The notes under the pieces were generated by a model, which made no database searches, was not told the DNA's origin, and saw only the letters and a program-made list of their open reading frames with translations. Below, piece by piece: positions 27,403 through 37,255 of a stretch of 64,000 nt of DNA. Each line of letters begins with the position of its first letter. The first letter of the stretch is position 1. Source of the stretch: a virus; the UHGV virus genome UHGV-0096064; one strand, written 5' to 3'. Made by a program: the position numbers and the translations under genes.

Positions 27403-29373
27403 TTACATGCTACCCGCAGGCAGTTGCGCGGCATCCTGCGATGGGGCGGCTGCCGCAGCCGACATATCTCCTGCATCCCCTGCGGGCAACGCCGTCGCCC
27501 CGTTGGGGCCGGGCGTACTGGATGGAACGGGCGAAACAGGCGTGAGGAACTCTTTCGGAACACCCATATTGCCAAGCACGTTATTCAAAGCCCACGCCAT
27601 AATCGCCATCCCATTCGGCATCTGGGCAAGCTGCTGCCCGGCGGAAGCAGTCAACTGCAAAATCTCATACGAATTTTGACGGTCTATTTCCCGTTGTAAC
27701 AGACCAGTTGCCCCCTGTGCAAGCACCTTGCAGTCGCCCTTCACGGACGGGTCTTTGCTGTAGACCATGTTGTAGTTGTACAACAACTGGCCCAACGGAG
27801 CGAATACGGACTGGTCGATGTTGGCGACGGCGGCCTGCAATGCTTTCTCCGCATTGCCTTGAAGCATCGCGGCACCACGGAAGGTACGGTTCACACCGGA
27901 ACCCTGCGCCGTCCCGTGCAGCGCCGCCGGGATATTGGACACTCTGTCCACCAAAGCCATAAAGTATTCAAGGACTTGGAGGTAGGAACCCATGACGCTT
28001 GGGATGTCGTAGAACCGCAGGGCCGGGTTGTTTCCGCTGACCTCCCCATCCGCCAAGTAGACGGTGTTGGGGACAAGCCGGGCGATGTCCTCGTCCGTCA
28101 TGTACTTGCTCAAGCGGGCGTAATCGGCTTCCACGATGGGGCCGGATGAACTGGCCGCGTTCATCACCAGATACCGCAGAACCGTGAGGTAGCAACGCTC
28201 CACGTCCCGGATACGCTGCGGGATGCTGAAACTTGGGATGCGGTCATGGGTCTTGTAAAAGCTCGCCGTGAACACCGGACGGACATTCAGATTCGGATTC
28301 GGCTGGACAACCACCTGAACCGTATGTCCTTTGATGACCGTCACCATCGCGTTGTAAAATTCCAAATCCTCAACGTGGGTGATGCCATACGTCCGCAGCT
28401 CCTTACCGCTGAAATACCCATAGTGGATGAGCACGTCGATGGTGGCAGAGCAGTTGGCCCACAGGACAAGGCGGTTATCCGGCTGGTCGGGGTTCTCGGA
28501 CAACCACTGGAACTCATAGTTGCTGTCCTTCTCCGCTTCCTCCAGAACCTTGATGATGTTCTCCTTGATGTAACTGTTCATCCGGGCAGCTTCCATCAAC
28601 TTCTGCCGCGTCCACCGCTGGCGAAGGAAGATGCCCGTGCCCCGCTGTGTGTCGGGACTGTCAGGAGAATACCAGAAATCCCACGGGGATACGGAGTGGA
28701 ACTCGTAGAACGTCTCCAGTTTGGTGGCGAGCTTGTCCCCATCCCACTGGAGGCGCGGCCTGCGAGTCGGCACCGGGCCATGCAGGACAGCGAACGGGTA
28801 GACGGTGAAGTCCGTGGCGAACCCATACATCGCCGTATTCCATCCGCCCTCAATGCACTGGTCGGTCATGAGCTTTTCCATGCCGTCAGCCGCACGCTTG
28901 GCGAAGTCGTACTCCTTCCGCATCACCGCAGTCTTCAACGACCGGACAAGTTCAGTAAGGTCGCCCGTATACTGGTTGTTGAAGATTTCATTCTGCAACT
29001 GAGAGAGCACCTCGTACCGCCCGGACTCGGACAGGGACGGGATGGGAGTAGGCTGAATCGTCCAAGGCAAGGCGTTGCCCTGAACCAACGTCTCGGTAAG
29101 ATACGACTGGACAAGACCGGACTTCATCGCCGTGATGTTGACGTAGGCATCCACCCCAATCTCATCGGCAATCTGCCTGTCCGGGCCGGAAAGGTTCCCA
29201 TTGAACTGGTCGTAGCATTCGCGCAAAACCTGACGAAGAGGCTTGTCGCCCACAAGTTCCTGCGACTGCCAACGGATGGCCTCATTGAACCGCGTGAGCG
29301 TGATGTGGGCCAGAGGGTCGCGAGCTTTCGGCGGCACTTCTATGGTTTTTGCATAATTATATACATCTGCCAT
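27403..29373 (-). CDS. candidate portal protein
   Basis: 656-aa ORF immediately downstream of the large terminase, start overlapping the terminase stop. Size and position are typical of portals; no motif-level confirmation. Confidence 0.5.
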   Translation of the reverse strand: MADVYNYAKTIEVPPKARDPLAHITLTRFNEAIRWQSQELVGDKPLRQVLRECYDQFNGNLSGPDRQIADEIGVDAYVNITAMKSGLVQSYLTETLVQGNALPWTIQPTPIPSLSESGRYEVLSQLQNEIFNNQYTGDLTELVRSLKTAVMRKEYDFAKRAADGMEKLMTDQCIEGGWNTAMYGFATDFTVYPFAVLHGPVPTRRPRLQWDGDKLATKLETFYEFHSVSPWDFWYSPDSPDTQRGTGIFLRQRWTRQKLMEAARMNSYIKENIIKVLEEAEKDSNYEFQWLSENPDQPDNRLVLWANCSATIDVLIHYGYFSGKELRTYGITHVEDLEFYNAMVTVIKGHTVQVVVQPNPNLNVRPVFTASFYKTHDRIPSFSIPQRIRDVERCYLTVLRYLVMNAASSSGPIVEADYARLSKYMTDEDIARLVPNTVYLADGEVSGNNPALRFYDIPSVMGSYLQVLEYFMALVDRVSNIPAALHGTAQGSGVNRTFRGAAMLQGNAEKALQAAVANIDQSVFAPLGQLLYNYNMVYSKDPSVKGDCKVLAQGATGLLQREIDRQNSYEILQLTASAGQQLAQMPNGMAIMAWALNNVLGNMGVPKEFLTPVSPVPSSTPGPNGATALPAGDAGDMSAAAAAPSQDAAQLPAGSM

Positions 29374-30980
29374 TACATTACCTTTCGCAAAATTTTGCGG
29401 CGTTGCGCCAACCTACGGACGACTTGCGAAGCCTTTACGTCATTGGCTGTTTCTTCCCGGCAAATATACATGGCCCCATACTGGACGGCGTCTGCGATGT
29501 GGGAGTACATATTTTTCTCAGGCTTGGCATCATATGCCGCGCCCACGGAACCCATAACCCGCAAACGCTTATACCTATACCCACCCTGAAACGCCTTGAT
29601 TGTCAAGCTGCAATGTGGCGATATGATGATGCCGCCAGCATTTTTGTTCAAGAGCTGGTCGACGGCACGGATACGAGTCTTCGGGTCATTGGTCTTCGGC
29701 ATATACACCTCGAACCCTTTCTGCTCAAGGTGGGTACTTGGAGCCAATCCCGTATAGGCGTCCTTGGCGTTGGCCGGGTCACAGGCAACAATGATGTTGC
29801 ACTTCGGATACTTGGACAGGATAAGGGGCATGAACGCCTGTTCAATGAACGCCTCCATCCCAAGGCCCTCACCATACAGCTCATCGACAATAGCCCACCG
29901 TCCCTGATTCTGTTGGAAGAAAACCGCGCCCGGATGGATGCCGGAAGTGTCGTACCCGATAATGGTGGTGCTGTACGGAATGGGCTCAATCTCGTTCCGG
30001 GCGACATGGGTGTCGTACTTGAACATGGGCCACACGGGTTTACCATCCCTCATCGGGACGTCGAGCATACAGAACAGGGAGTCGATTTTATCCGTCCGGC
30101 CTTCAAGCTGCCACGCCGCCATCTGGTTCCGGTAGTAGTCCATCCCCTTCTCACGAAGAAACTCTTCCTGTTTCTCGACGGGCCATTCGTTGAAATCGTC
30201 CGGCTTCGCCTTGGCTCCGAGATTCCGCAGGTTCTCGGCGTTGGGGTTCGTCTCGTACCGGACATTACCCAAGTCGTCTTCAATCTTGAACGCTGCCGGG
30301 GGCTGCTCGAATATCTCCCAATTCGGCTCAGGGTGAGCTTTCATGTGCAGGAGGAAGTGACCCTGCGGCGGCTGGTTGGTATCAATCAGGAGGCCAGCAT
30401 AGGAGCAACCGCCCATGTCATCAGAAGGATAACGACCCACACGGCCCAGAGCACTGACGAGGATTTCATAGTCGATACTGGTCGCTTCGTTGATGATGGC
30501 GAATGACCAGTTCTTTGACTTTAATTTTTCAGCATCCTCGGCAGCTTGGAGGGCAATCAGCTCGAACTCGACCTGCGCGATTGTCCCCATTCCCGGCTGC
30601 CACGGCTGGTGGAATTGCAGCCACTCATAGGAACCATCACCCACCGGGAAACGATAGACCCCCTTGATGGGAGAACCACCGAGACGGATGGTGCCGAACT
30701 TCGACGGAAAAACCTCCAGAATGCTCTCTCGCGTCGTGGAAACGAGTTCAGGATATGTACCACGGATAACCCCGATTCGTGTGTACCTGACCCCATCAGG
30801 GGCCGGATTTTGGGCAAGACAATAAAACTTCGCGTCGTTCATAATCATGCAGGTCTTGCCCGAACCATACGGCCCGAAAATCAACTTCACGACTGCATCC
30901 GAGTCGTGGAACTTTATCCCCGTAGGAGAGGGTATGTAATTGAAATCAGGAATAAACATGAGGTTACTCCGTATAATCAA
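29373..30980 (-). CDS. terL: terminase large subunit
   Basis: 535 aa. Walker A GPYGSGKT near the N-terminus. ATPase/nuclease-sized. Preceded by a small subunit candidate with a 17-nt overlap. Confidence 0.85.
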   Translation of the reverse strand: MIIRSNLMFIPDFNYIPSPTGIKFHDSDAVVKLIFGPYGSGKTCMIMNDAKFYCLAQNPAPDGVRYTRIGVIRGTYPELVSTTRESILEVFPSKFGTIRLGGSPIKGVYRFPVGDGSYEWLQFHQPWQPGMGTIAQVEFELIALQAAEDAEKLKSKNWSFAIINEATSIDYEILVSALGRVGRYPSDDMGGCSYAGLLIDTNQPPQGHFLLHMKAHPEPNWEIFEQPPAAFKIEDDLGNVRYETNPNAENLRNLGAKAKPDDFNEWPVEKQEEFLREKGMDYYRNQMAAWQLEGRTDKIDSLFCMLDVPMRDGKPVWPMFKYDTHVARNEIEPIPYSTTIIGYDTSGIHPGAVFFQQNQGRWAIVDELYGEGLGMEAFIEQAFMPLILSKYPKCNIIVACDPANAKDAYTGLAPSTHLEQKGFEVYMPKTNDPKTRIRAVDQLLNKNAGGIIISPHCSLTIKAFQGGYRYKRLRVMGSVGAAYDAKPEKNMYSHIADAVQYGAMYICREETANDVKASQVVRRLAQRRKILRKVM

Positions 30981-31536
30981 TCACATTGGTCTGCGGCTGC
31001 GCCATGATGTGCGCCAACTTCTTGTTGGTCGGCAGCTTCGGGATATTGAAAGAAATGTTCACAGCCGTCTGGTTCACGTTCCCGCCCTCGTTCTTGTTCT
31101 CGACAGGAGCATCCATGCCCGCGCTCCGCATCAGGATGGACAAGAGCTGGAGCATGGCCTTGTCTTCCATCTCGCCGCTCTTGGCCCGGAGATACAGGCG
31201 CTCCTGCAAGTCGCTGACCAATGACTCGGTACGGATACGGTAGCTGGCGAACGGCCCAAGTTCCCGCAGCCTAGCCATCTCGGACTTCACGAGGTCGACG
31301 AAGACCGGGAGCTTCATCAGGTGGACGAAGTCCTCAGCCGGGATGTCATAAGACTTGGCGATGTCCGAGGCCGTATATACGGTGCCCGATTGCGGTTGGG
31401 ACATCAGAGCGATGTCCCGCGCAATCATGGGCCACTGATGCTGCTTTTTCAACAGCAACGGCGATAAATCCAAGGGTGTATTCATTGCAGGCATAACCAA
31501 CCACCTAGGGAGAAAGGGGGCCTTTCGACCCCCCAT
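30964..31536 (-). CDS. candidate terminase small subunit
   Basis: 190-aa ORF directly upstream of and overlapping terL. Called by position only. Confidence 0.4.
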   Translation of the reverse strand: MGGRKAPFLPRWLVMPAMNTPLDLSPLLLKKQHQWPMIARDIALMSQPQSGTVYTASDIAKSYDIPAEDFVHLMKLPVFVDLVKSEMARLRELGPFASYRIRTESLVSDLQERLYLRAKSGEMEDKAMLQLLSILMRSAGMDAPVENKNEGGNVNQTAVNISFNIPKLPTNKKLAHIMAQPQTNVIDYTE

Positions 31537-31540
31537 TTGC

Positions 31541-34500
31541 TTACTTGAACCGGATGAGGGCCGCAGCTGCAGTCTGGTTCGTGTTACCGGACACGCTAAT
31601 CTTCACAGCCTTGCCAGCCAGCGCGGAGATGGCGGTGGCGCGGGTGCCAATCGTCACCGCAGAACCCGAAGAGAACTCAGGCTCAATGGAGAACGTCAGC
31701 GCATTGGCCCCGGCACCGTCCGCTTCCTTGGCGATAAGCTGCACCGTGGAGCGATCACCCGGAATGAAGGTGTGGATGATCGGAATCGTAGCACTGGACT
31801 CGAAGGTGTAGTACAGCGGCATGTCGGCATAATCAGCCGCATCCACAGCATTCGTGACCTGAGTCTTCAGCCAATCCGCATTCACAGACACCCCGGCAGC
31901 TTCCACCTTGATACCGCCGTTGACCTTGGCATTCACCGCCACAGACTTGGTGCCCGTACCGGAGATGGTCACACCGTTCCCGGCGGCCACCTTATCGCCC
32001 GTGTCCACGTTTTCCGCCAACCATGTGGTGTTGACGGAGATACCGCGGGCGTCGACGGTGATACCACCATCGGCCTTAGCCTTGGCAGTGATGGTCTTCG
32101 TGGTCGTACCGGAAATGATCACACCGTTCCCGGCGGCTACCTTGTCGCCAGTATCCACGTTTTTAGCCAGCCAATCGACGCTGACCGAGATACCCGTGGA
32201 GTCGACCAGAATACCGCCGTCCGGCTTCGCCTTGGCAGCCACGGTCTTCGTCCCGGTTCCGGTCAGGGTGATGCCGTTGCCAGCCGTAACCTTGTCGCCG
32301 ACCTTACCGGCCAGCCAAGATGCATCGACATAAACACCACTGGCATCGACCACGAGACCACTGGCAGCCTTCACCTTGACGGTAATCGTCTTAGTGTCAG
32401 TACCCTTAACGATCACACCGTTACCCGCAGCGACCTTGTCCCCGGCGGTAGTATGTTTGGCAAGCCATGCGGCATCAACAGAGACACCCGTTTCATCAAC
32501 GACAATGCCGCCGTCAGTTTTGGCCTTGACTTGGAAAGTCGAAAGCGCCAGTTCAAGACCATCACCCGCTTCATAATCACGCACATGCTTCTTGAAGAAG
32601 CTATACGTGATAATAGCCTCATTAATGGGATTCTGAGGCGTCATCGGCGCGACACCGTAAGGTGAAGGTGTATCTCGCAATTCCGTAAAAATAGGAAGCA
32701 CAACACCGAGAGAAGCCACTTGGTCATCCGCAGCTCCCTGAACAATATTCATCAGGATAGTGTGGTCTGTGGGAGAGACATTATGGCTAATGCTGGACAG
32801 CAACTTGCCGCCACCAACCCCGTAAGTCGTAACCAGATTGGCCCGGCCTGTTTCCTTAGTCAGAGCCGAACTCACCACAGCAATATGCTGAGTAATAGTC
32901 CCGTCCTGATTCAGCTTACCAGTAAAAGCCTTAAGGTCGGCAATGGTCTGATCACCGGAAGTACGGACAACCGTATCATCCACGGCGATGCCAGCGGCAG
33001 CCACCTCGATACCGTCACCCGCCTTGGCGGAGATAGTATCGGAAGCAATGGCAATACCATTGCCAGCCTTGTAGTTGCTGGCCGCATGCTCAGACAGCCA
33101 CTCGGTGTCCACGGAGATGCCGTCAGCGTCCACGATGATGCCGCCCTCAGCCTTGGCCTTGGCCGCAACCGTCTTGTTCGTCCCGTTCGCCGTGATGGAC
33201 ACGCCGTTACCAGCGACCACGGTGTCACCGCCAGCATGGTCTTTCAACCACTCCTCGTCGATGAACACGCCGTTCTCGTTGACGATAAGGCCGCCATCAG
33301 CACCCGGCTTCACGGAAATGTTTTTGGTGGTATCTTGATCAACGATGGTAACACCGCTACCAGCGGAAACGATGTCACCCTTGTCATGCTGCGCCAGCCA
33401 GTCCGTATCAATGTGGAGGCCATAGCTGTCGACCAACAGGCCCGCATCCAGCTTGACCTTGGCGTTGATGGTGGTGGTGGTGTCAGTCTCGGCACTGAAA
33501 CTGATACCGTCGCCCGGCTTGTACTCCATCACCTTGGGCAAATCGTCGGCAGACAGGTACGCACCCTTGTCAGAGCCTACGTTGATGAGGTTGCCCTCAT
33601 CACTGGAGACCACGTTGACGGTGAACTTCCCTTCGGAGTCGAACGTCAGAGCGTTTTCCTCGTCTTTGGTGGACACCATCGTCGACATATCGACACTCAG
33701 CTCATCAGCTTCGGTGAAGCTCAGGTGTCCATCAGCGGCAGCCTTCACGGAAATCTTGAACCCGTTGAAGATGATACCGTTGCCAGCGACATAATCGCCG
33801 CCCAAGCAGTGTTCCTCAATCCACTTCTCGTCGATGTAAACGCCGGAATCGTCGATGAGGATACCGCCAGCATCCTTCGGCTTGACCGCGATGGACTTGG
33901 CATCCTCGCCCTCGGTCACGGTAATGCCGAGACCAGCGTCGACCTTGTCGCCAAGCTGAGGCGTGAGCCACTCGGTGTCCACACCCACGCCATTCTCGCC
34001 GACAGTCAGGCCGCCTTCGGGGTCAACCTTAACGGAAACGGTCGCATCAGAACCGGACAGGGAGACGTTGATACCATCCCCGGCCACAGGTTTCGGCGCA
34101 TGTTCGCCAAGCCACTCCTCATCCACATAAACGCCATCGGCATCGGTACGGATACCGCCGCCAGCTTTCGTCTTCGTGGCAACGCCATCGGCGTCCTTGC
34201 GCAGACCCCCAAGGGGATTCAGCTTCACGGCCAGACCACCCTGAGAACCTTCGGAAGAGGCACCAGCGGCGAGGCACTCAAGGCCGGACGTGTTGTCGTT
34301 GGCGGCGGTCAAGTCCATCTTCACGGCGATAGTCTTGACGAACTCGTCATCCCCAGTAAGGGCGATACCACAACCCGCCTGAACCTTGTCGGAACGCTTG
34401 GCGAGCCAGTCCTCATCAATACTCAGACCATTGGCCGCGTTGCACAGGATACCACCGTCTTCATGGAGACGGACGATAATCTGCTTCCCGTCCATCTCGA

Positions 34501-35956
34501 TGCCGCAACCGGAAGTGTACGGGTCAACCCGAAGCTGACCGGACTCGTCGACATACAGGTCGTTATCGTCGCCACCAGTACCCACAATCTTGCTGGTGTC
34601 CACGGCGATGCCGCCGTCTTCACCGAGCTTGAGGGTGCCGTCCTCGCTCAGATGCACCATGATGGGAGACACCGACGCACCGGAAATGGTCTGAGCCGCA
34701 CCGAACATGAGGCCGGACTTGGCGATGAGGGGCAGGTCGAGGTACCCATTGTGGCAGGCAAGGCCGTTGTAGGGCTTGCCCGTGGTGCCGTCGCCGCGCA
34801 GGAGCACGGAGATGACATCGTTGGCAACCTTGATGCCGCAGCCACCAGTGTAGTTGTCGATGAAATCATCCACGTTCACATACACATCGACCACGTTGCC
34901 GTTCGACAGGAGATAGACGAAGCGCATATACTTGCCGGGGATGATGCCGACGCCGGGGGTGAAAGTGGCGGAACCCGTCAGCTTCATGCCAGTCAGCGCC
35001 TTCCAGTTGATGGTCAGGAGAGACCCGTCAGCGAACCGGAAGGTGGTCGGCTGCGTGGAGACAACGGCGGACTCACGGTGGTCTTCGAGGAAGGAGGCGC
35101 GGGCCACTTCGGGCCACAGGCCGGAGTGCTCGGCATCAAGCTCATACTCGAAGTCGATGGTCTGTTCGACGTTCAGCTTCGTGTGGAACTTGAGGCCCAT
35201 CCCGCCGTCGAAGTCGTAGTCGCCGTACTTCATCGCGATGGACAGCATGTAGTCGCCTACCGTGTCCTCTTCGCCGGAAGCGTCAGGTTTGCCGTCCACG
35301 ATGTAAACGGCGCGCAGGGAAGAGGTCGAGGTCATGATGGTCACGGTATCAACCACGACCCCATCATGCCCGGTGATGTTGAGCTTGCCAGTGTTGGCAT
35401 CGTACTCAACGCCGACCTCGGAAGAAATCTTCCCGTTGTTCCCCTCGTAGAGAATCTTGTCGTTGCGGTTGACCAGCGAGTCGAAGTCGGCGTAAGCGCC
35501 GCCGTCTTCACCGCGTTCGAGAAGGTTGCCGTCATCCTTGGAGATGACTTCGAGAACCTCGAACACGTCCTCACGGGTCAGCTTGATTTTGCCGTCCACC
35601 TCACTGATTGTCAGAAGGTTGATGACGGCGTTGGACAGGATGTCGTTCCCGTCAATCTTGACGCCGCCATCGGAACCGAAGCCGAGCATGTTGTCCGCGT
35701 CGGCGGAAATCTTCGGTTCGGCGGGCAGGGCGAACAGCTTGCCGTCCACACCGAGCTTGATGATGTTGTTGTCCGTCGCGCTGACGAAATCGTCAGCCTT
35801 CACGGACAGGCCGTCAGCAAGGTTCTTGAGCAGGTTCACGCCGTCCGTGGACACGGGGACGAAAACGGGACTGAGGAGGGAACCCTCGGTCGCCGATACG
35901 TGTTTCTTCCCATCGACAGACAGCGTAACCGGAGTAAAAAAGATAGCCACAGGCAT
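31541..35956 (-). CDS. tail fiber / receptor-binding protein with internal tandem repeats
   Basis: 1471 aa. Many copies of a ~45-48-aa unit (e.g. KVAAGNGVIVKGTDTKTITVKVKAASGLVVDASGVYVDASWLAGKVGD). Gly/Asp/Thr/Val-rich beta-structure composition. Confidence 0.6.
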   Translation of the reverse strand: MPVAIFFTPVTLSVDGKKHVSATEGSLLSPVFVPVSTDGVNLLKNLADGLSVKADDFVSATDNNIIKLGVDGKLFALPAEPKISADADNMLGFGSDGGVKIDGNDILSNAVINLLTISEVDGKIKLTREDVFEVLEVISKDDGNLLERGEDGGAYADFDSLVNRNDKILYEGNNGKISSEVGVEYDANTGKLNITGHDGVVVDTVTIMTSTSSLRAVYIVDGKPDASGEEDTVGDYMLSIAMKYGDYDFDGGMGLKFHTKLNVEQTIDFEYELDAEHSGLWPEVARASFLEDHRESAVVSTQPTTFRFADGSLLTINWKALTGMKLTGSATFTPGVGIIPGKYMRFVYLLSNGNVVDVYVNVDDFIDNYTGGCGIKVANDVISVLLRGDGTTGKPYNGLACHNGYLDLPLIAKSGLMFGAAQTISGASVSPIMVHLSEDGTLKLGEDGGIAVDTSKIVGTGGDDNDLYVDESGQLRVDPYTSGCGIEMDGKQIIVRLHEDGGILCNAANGLSIDEDWLAKRSDKVQAGCGIALTGDDEFVKTIAVKMDLTAANDNTSGLECLAAGASSEGSQGGLAVKLNPLGGLRKDADGVATKTKAGGGIRTDADGVYVDEEWLGEHAPKPVAGDGINVSLSGSDATVSVKVDPEGGLTVGENGVGVDTEWLTPQLGDKVDAGLGITVTEGEDAKSIAVKPKDAGGILIDDSGVYIDEKWIEEHCLGGDYVAGNGIIFNGFKISVKAAADGHLSFTEADELSVDMSTMVSTKDEENALTFDSEGKFTVNVVSSDEGNLINVGSDKGAYLSADDLPKVMEYKPGDGISFSAETDTTTTINAKVKLDAGLLVDSYGLHIDTDWLAQHDKGDIVSAGSGVTIVDQDTTKNISVKPGADGGLIVNENGVFIDEEWLKDHAGGDTVVAGNGVSITANGTNKTVAAKAKAEGGIIVDADGISVDTEWLSEHAASNYKAGNGIAIASDTISAKAGDGIEVAAAGIAVDDTVVRTSGDQTIADLKAFTGKLNQDGTITQHIAVVSSALTKETGRANLVTTYGVGGGKLLSSISHNVSPTDHTILMNIVQGAADDQVASLGVVLPIFTELRDTPSPYGVAPMTPQNPINEAIITYSFFKKHVRDYEAGDGLELALSTFQVKAKTDGGIVVDETGVSVDAAWLAKHTTAGDKVAAGNGVIVKGTDTKTITVKVKAASGLVVDASGVYVDASWLAGKVGDKVTAGNGITLTGTGTKTVAAKAKPDGGILVDSTGISVSVDWLAKNVDTGDKVAAGNGVIISGTTTKTITAKAKADGGITVDARGISVNTTWLAENVDTGDKVAAGNGVTISGTGTKSVAVNAKVNGGIKVEAAGVSVNADWLKTQVTNAVDAADYADMPLYYTFESSATIPIIHTFIPGDRSTVQLIAKEADGAGANALTFSIEPEFSSGSAVTIGTRATAISALAGKAVKISVSGNTNQTAAAALIRFK
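31800..32540. repeat. ~144-bp tandem coding repeats (about 5 near-identical copies) inside tail-fiber gene
   Basis: Repeated nucleotide blocks (...gatcacaccgttcccggcggc(c/t)accttgtcgcc...) corresponding to the C-terminal five 48-aa protein repeats. More divergent copies extend 5' to about 34300. Boundaries approximate. Confidence 0.6.
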
Positions 35957-36136
35957 CTCCTGATACTAAAGGTACGTTACTAGTAAATGACCATATATCA
36001 TTAATCGCCGCTGCAAGCACAACTGCAATCACAGGAACTGTCACACGCACAATCCCCGGCAGTATGGCCTGCATCAGCGACACCATTGGATGCAATCATA
36101 GCGGCGCAAGCTGCAACAGTGAGGGTCACGGTATCG

Positions 36137-36487
36137 TCAGTCGTCCGAAACCGTTCGTACCACAGCTTCTTCGTTTGCCGCTTGGATGAATCTGATTTCC
36201 TCAAACCTGTCATTGGCAACCTCCAGCTTGTCGTCATACTGACGAATGATAAGGAGTAAATCCTCAACCGTACAGATGGTATCACCCACGACAGGATGAG
36301 GAATAGGAGCAAGCAAATACTCCGGCACCCGCGTCGTATTCACCTTACTCACTTTCAGGGAAGGCGTGCAGCCCACGCACAAGCTCAGGAGGGATAACAA
36401 CAGACAGCACGCTGCGAACCTCTTGGCTCTGCGCAGCCATTTTAGACAGACGCTTCTCGAAAGATAGGAACTGTGTCTGGCGTTCAT
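36137..36487 (-). CDS. candidate o-spanin (outer-membrane lipoprotein)
   Basis: Signal peptide with a lipobox-like LLLSLLSLCVGC. Pro-containing ~70-aa mature part. Gene overlaps the 3' part of the i-spanin candidate in another frame (Rz/Rz1-like architecture). Confidence 0.45.
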   Translation of the reverse strand: MNARHSSYLSRSVCLKWLRRAKRFAACCLLLSLLSLCVGCTPSLKVSKVNTTRVPEYLLAPIPHPVVGDTICTVEDLLLIIRQYDDKLEVANDRFEEIRFIQAANEEAVVRTVSDD

Positions 36488-36704
36488 GCTCTCTATTCTC
36501 CAACCGTTGCGTCGCTTCTTCCACCCGTGCCGAACGAGCTATTTCTTCTGTCAACACCATATTCATGTCTTGCAGGGATTCTGTCAACAGCTCGTTGCGC
36601 TCACGCAAACTCTCCAACTCCCTGTACCCAAAATAAACCGCCAAGGCAACGACGCCGACAAACACCGCGCCTATGACGGCGGCAACCTTTTCCACTTCGG
36701 ACAT
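36345..36704 (-). CDS. candidate i-spanin
   Basis: N-terminal TM helix (VAAVIGAVFVGVVALAVYFGY) followed by coiled-coil-prone charged sequence. Located after the holin. Confidence 0.45.
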   Translation of the reverse strand: MSEVEKVAAVIGAVFVGVVALAVYFGYRELESLRERNELLTESLQDMNMVLTEEIARSARVEEATQRLENREHERQTQFLSFEKRLSKMAAQSQEVRSVLSVVIPPELVRGLHAFPESE

Positions 36705-37252
36705 GGCGGCACCTTCCCGTTGAGGGCCTCTTCGACATGGCGGCGCACTTCCGGGTCATTCAACTCCACGCTGATATGCGCGGCCACCCGCTGCCGAAGG
36801 ACGCCCATAATCTTCTCCAGCACCGGATGGATGGGACAGCCGAGGCTCCGCAGGTTGTTGATGATGCTCGCGGCTTCGGTGAGGCAGCAACAGAACAGAC
36901 CCCAATTCACGGCGTAGATGATGACCCCGGAAGTTCGGAAAAAGGCATAGCAAAGAAGCCCCGTGATGACCACCAGCGCCATATAGGTCAGGAACTTGCG
37001 CATCCAGTGGAACAGGTACTTGGGGTCGAACGTCCCGTAGACTCTGGACTTCAACACGCCCAAGACGAGATCGGCGGATGCGAACAGGATGTAGATGCCG
37101 AAGACGTTGACATCACCATAAAGCACCTCGGTGAAGAATGTAGCGACAGCGGCTATAACCATTTTAGCGTAGTAACCAAACATAAGCTGTCCTGCATAAT
37201 ATACGGTGCTGTCCCGAAGGCTCTCCAAGGACTCTATTACTGCATTCTTCAT
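36671..37252 (-). CDS. holin (phage holin 4_1 / LL-H-like family)
   Basis: Multiple TM segments. IYILFASADLVLGVLKSRVYG resembles the DxITG..K..SSKxGxxG core of family-4 holins. Adjacent to endolysin and spanin candidates. Confidence 0.55.
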   Translation of the reverse strand: MKNAVIESLESLRDSTVYYAGQLMFGYYAKMVIAAVATFFTEVLYGDVNVFGIYILFASADLVLGVLKSRVYGTFDPKYLFHWMRKFLTYMALVVITGLLCYAFFRTSGVIIYAVNWGLFCCCLTEAASIINNLRSLGCPIHPVLEKIMGVLRQRVAAHISVELNDPEVRRHVEEALNGKVPPCPKWKRLPPS

Positions 37253-37255
37253 AGA

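Noticed and set aside
31800-35956. Tail-fiber repeats as a diversity-generating retroelement target (VR/TR pair)
   Set aside because: No reverse transcriptase gene and no separate non-coding template repeat are seen in the window. The repeats are tandem coding units within one gene.
36001-36312. 103-aa ORF ending in a Cys-rich tail (CACDSSCDCSCACSGD) overlapping the o-spanin gene
   Set aside because: Most of it overlaps the o-spanin candidate in another frame. Only a ~32-codon tail would be non-overlapping. No start context. Kept as unlikely.
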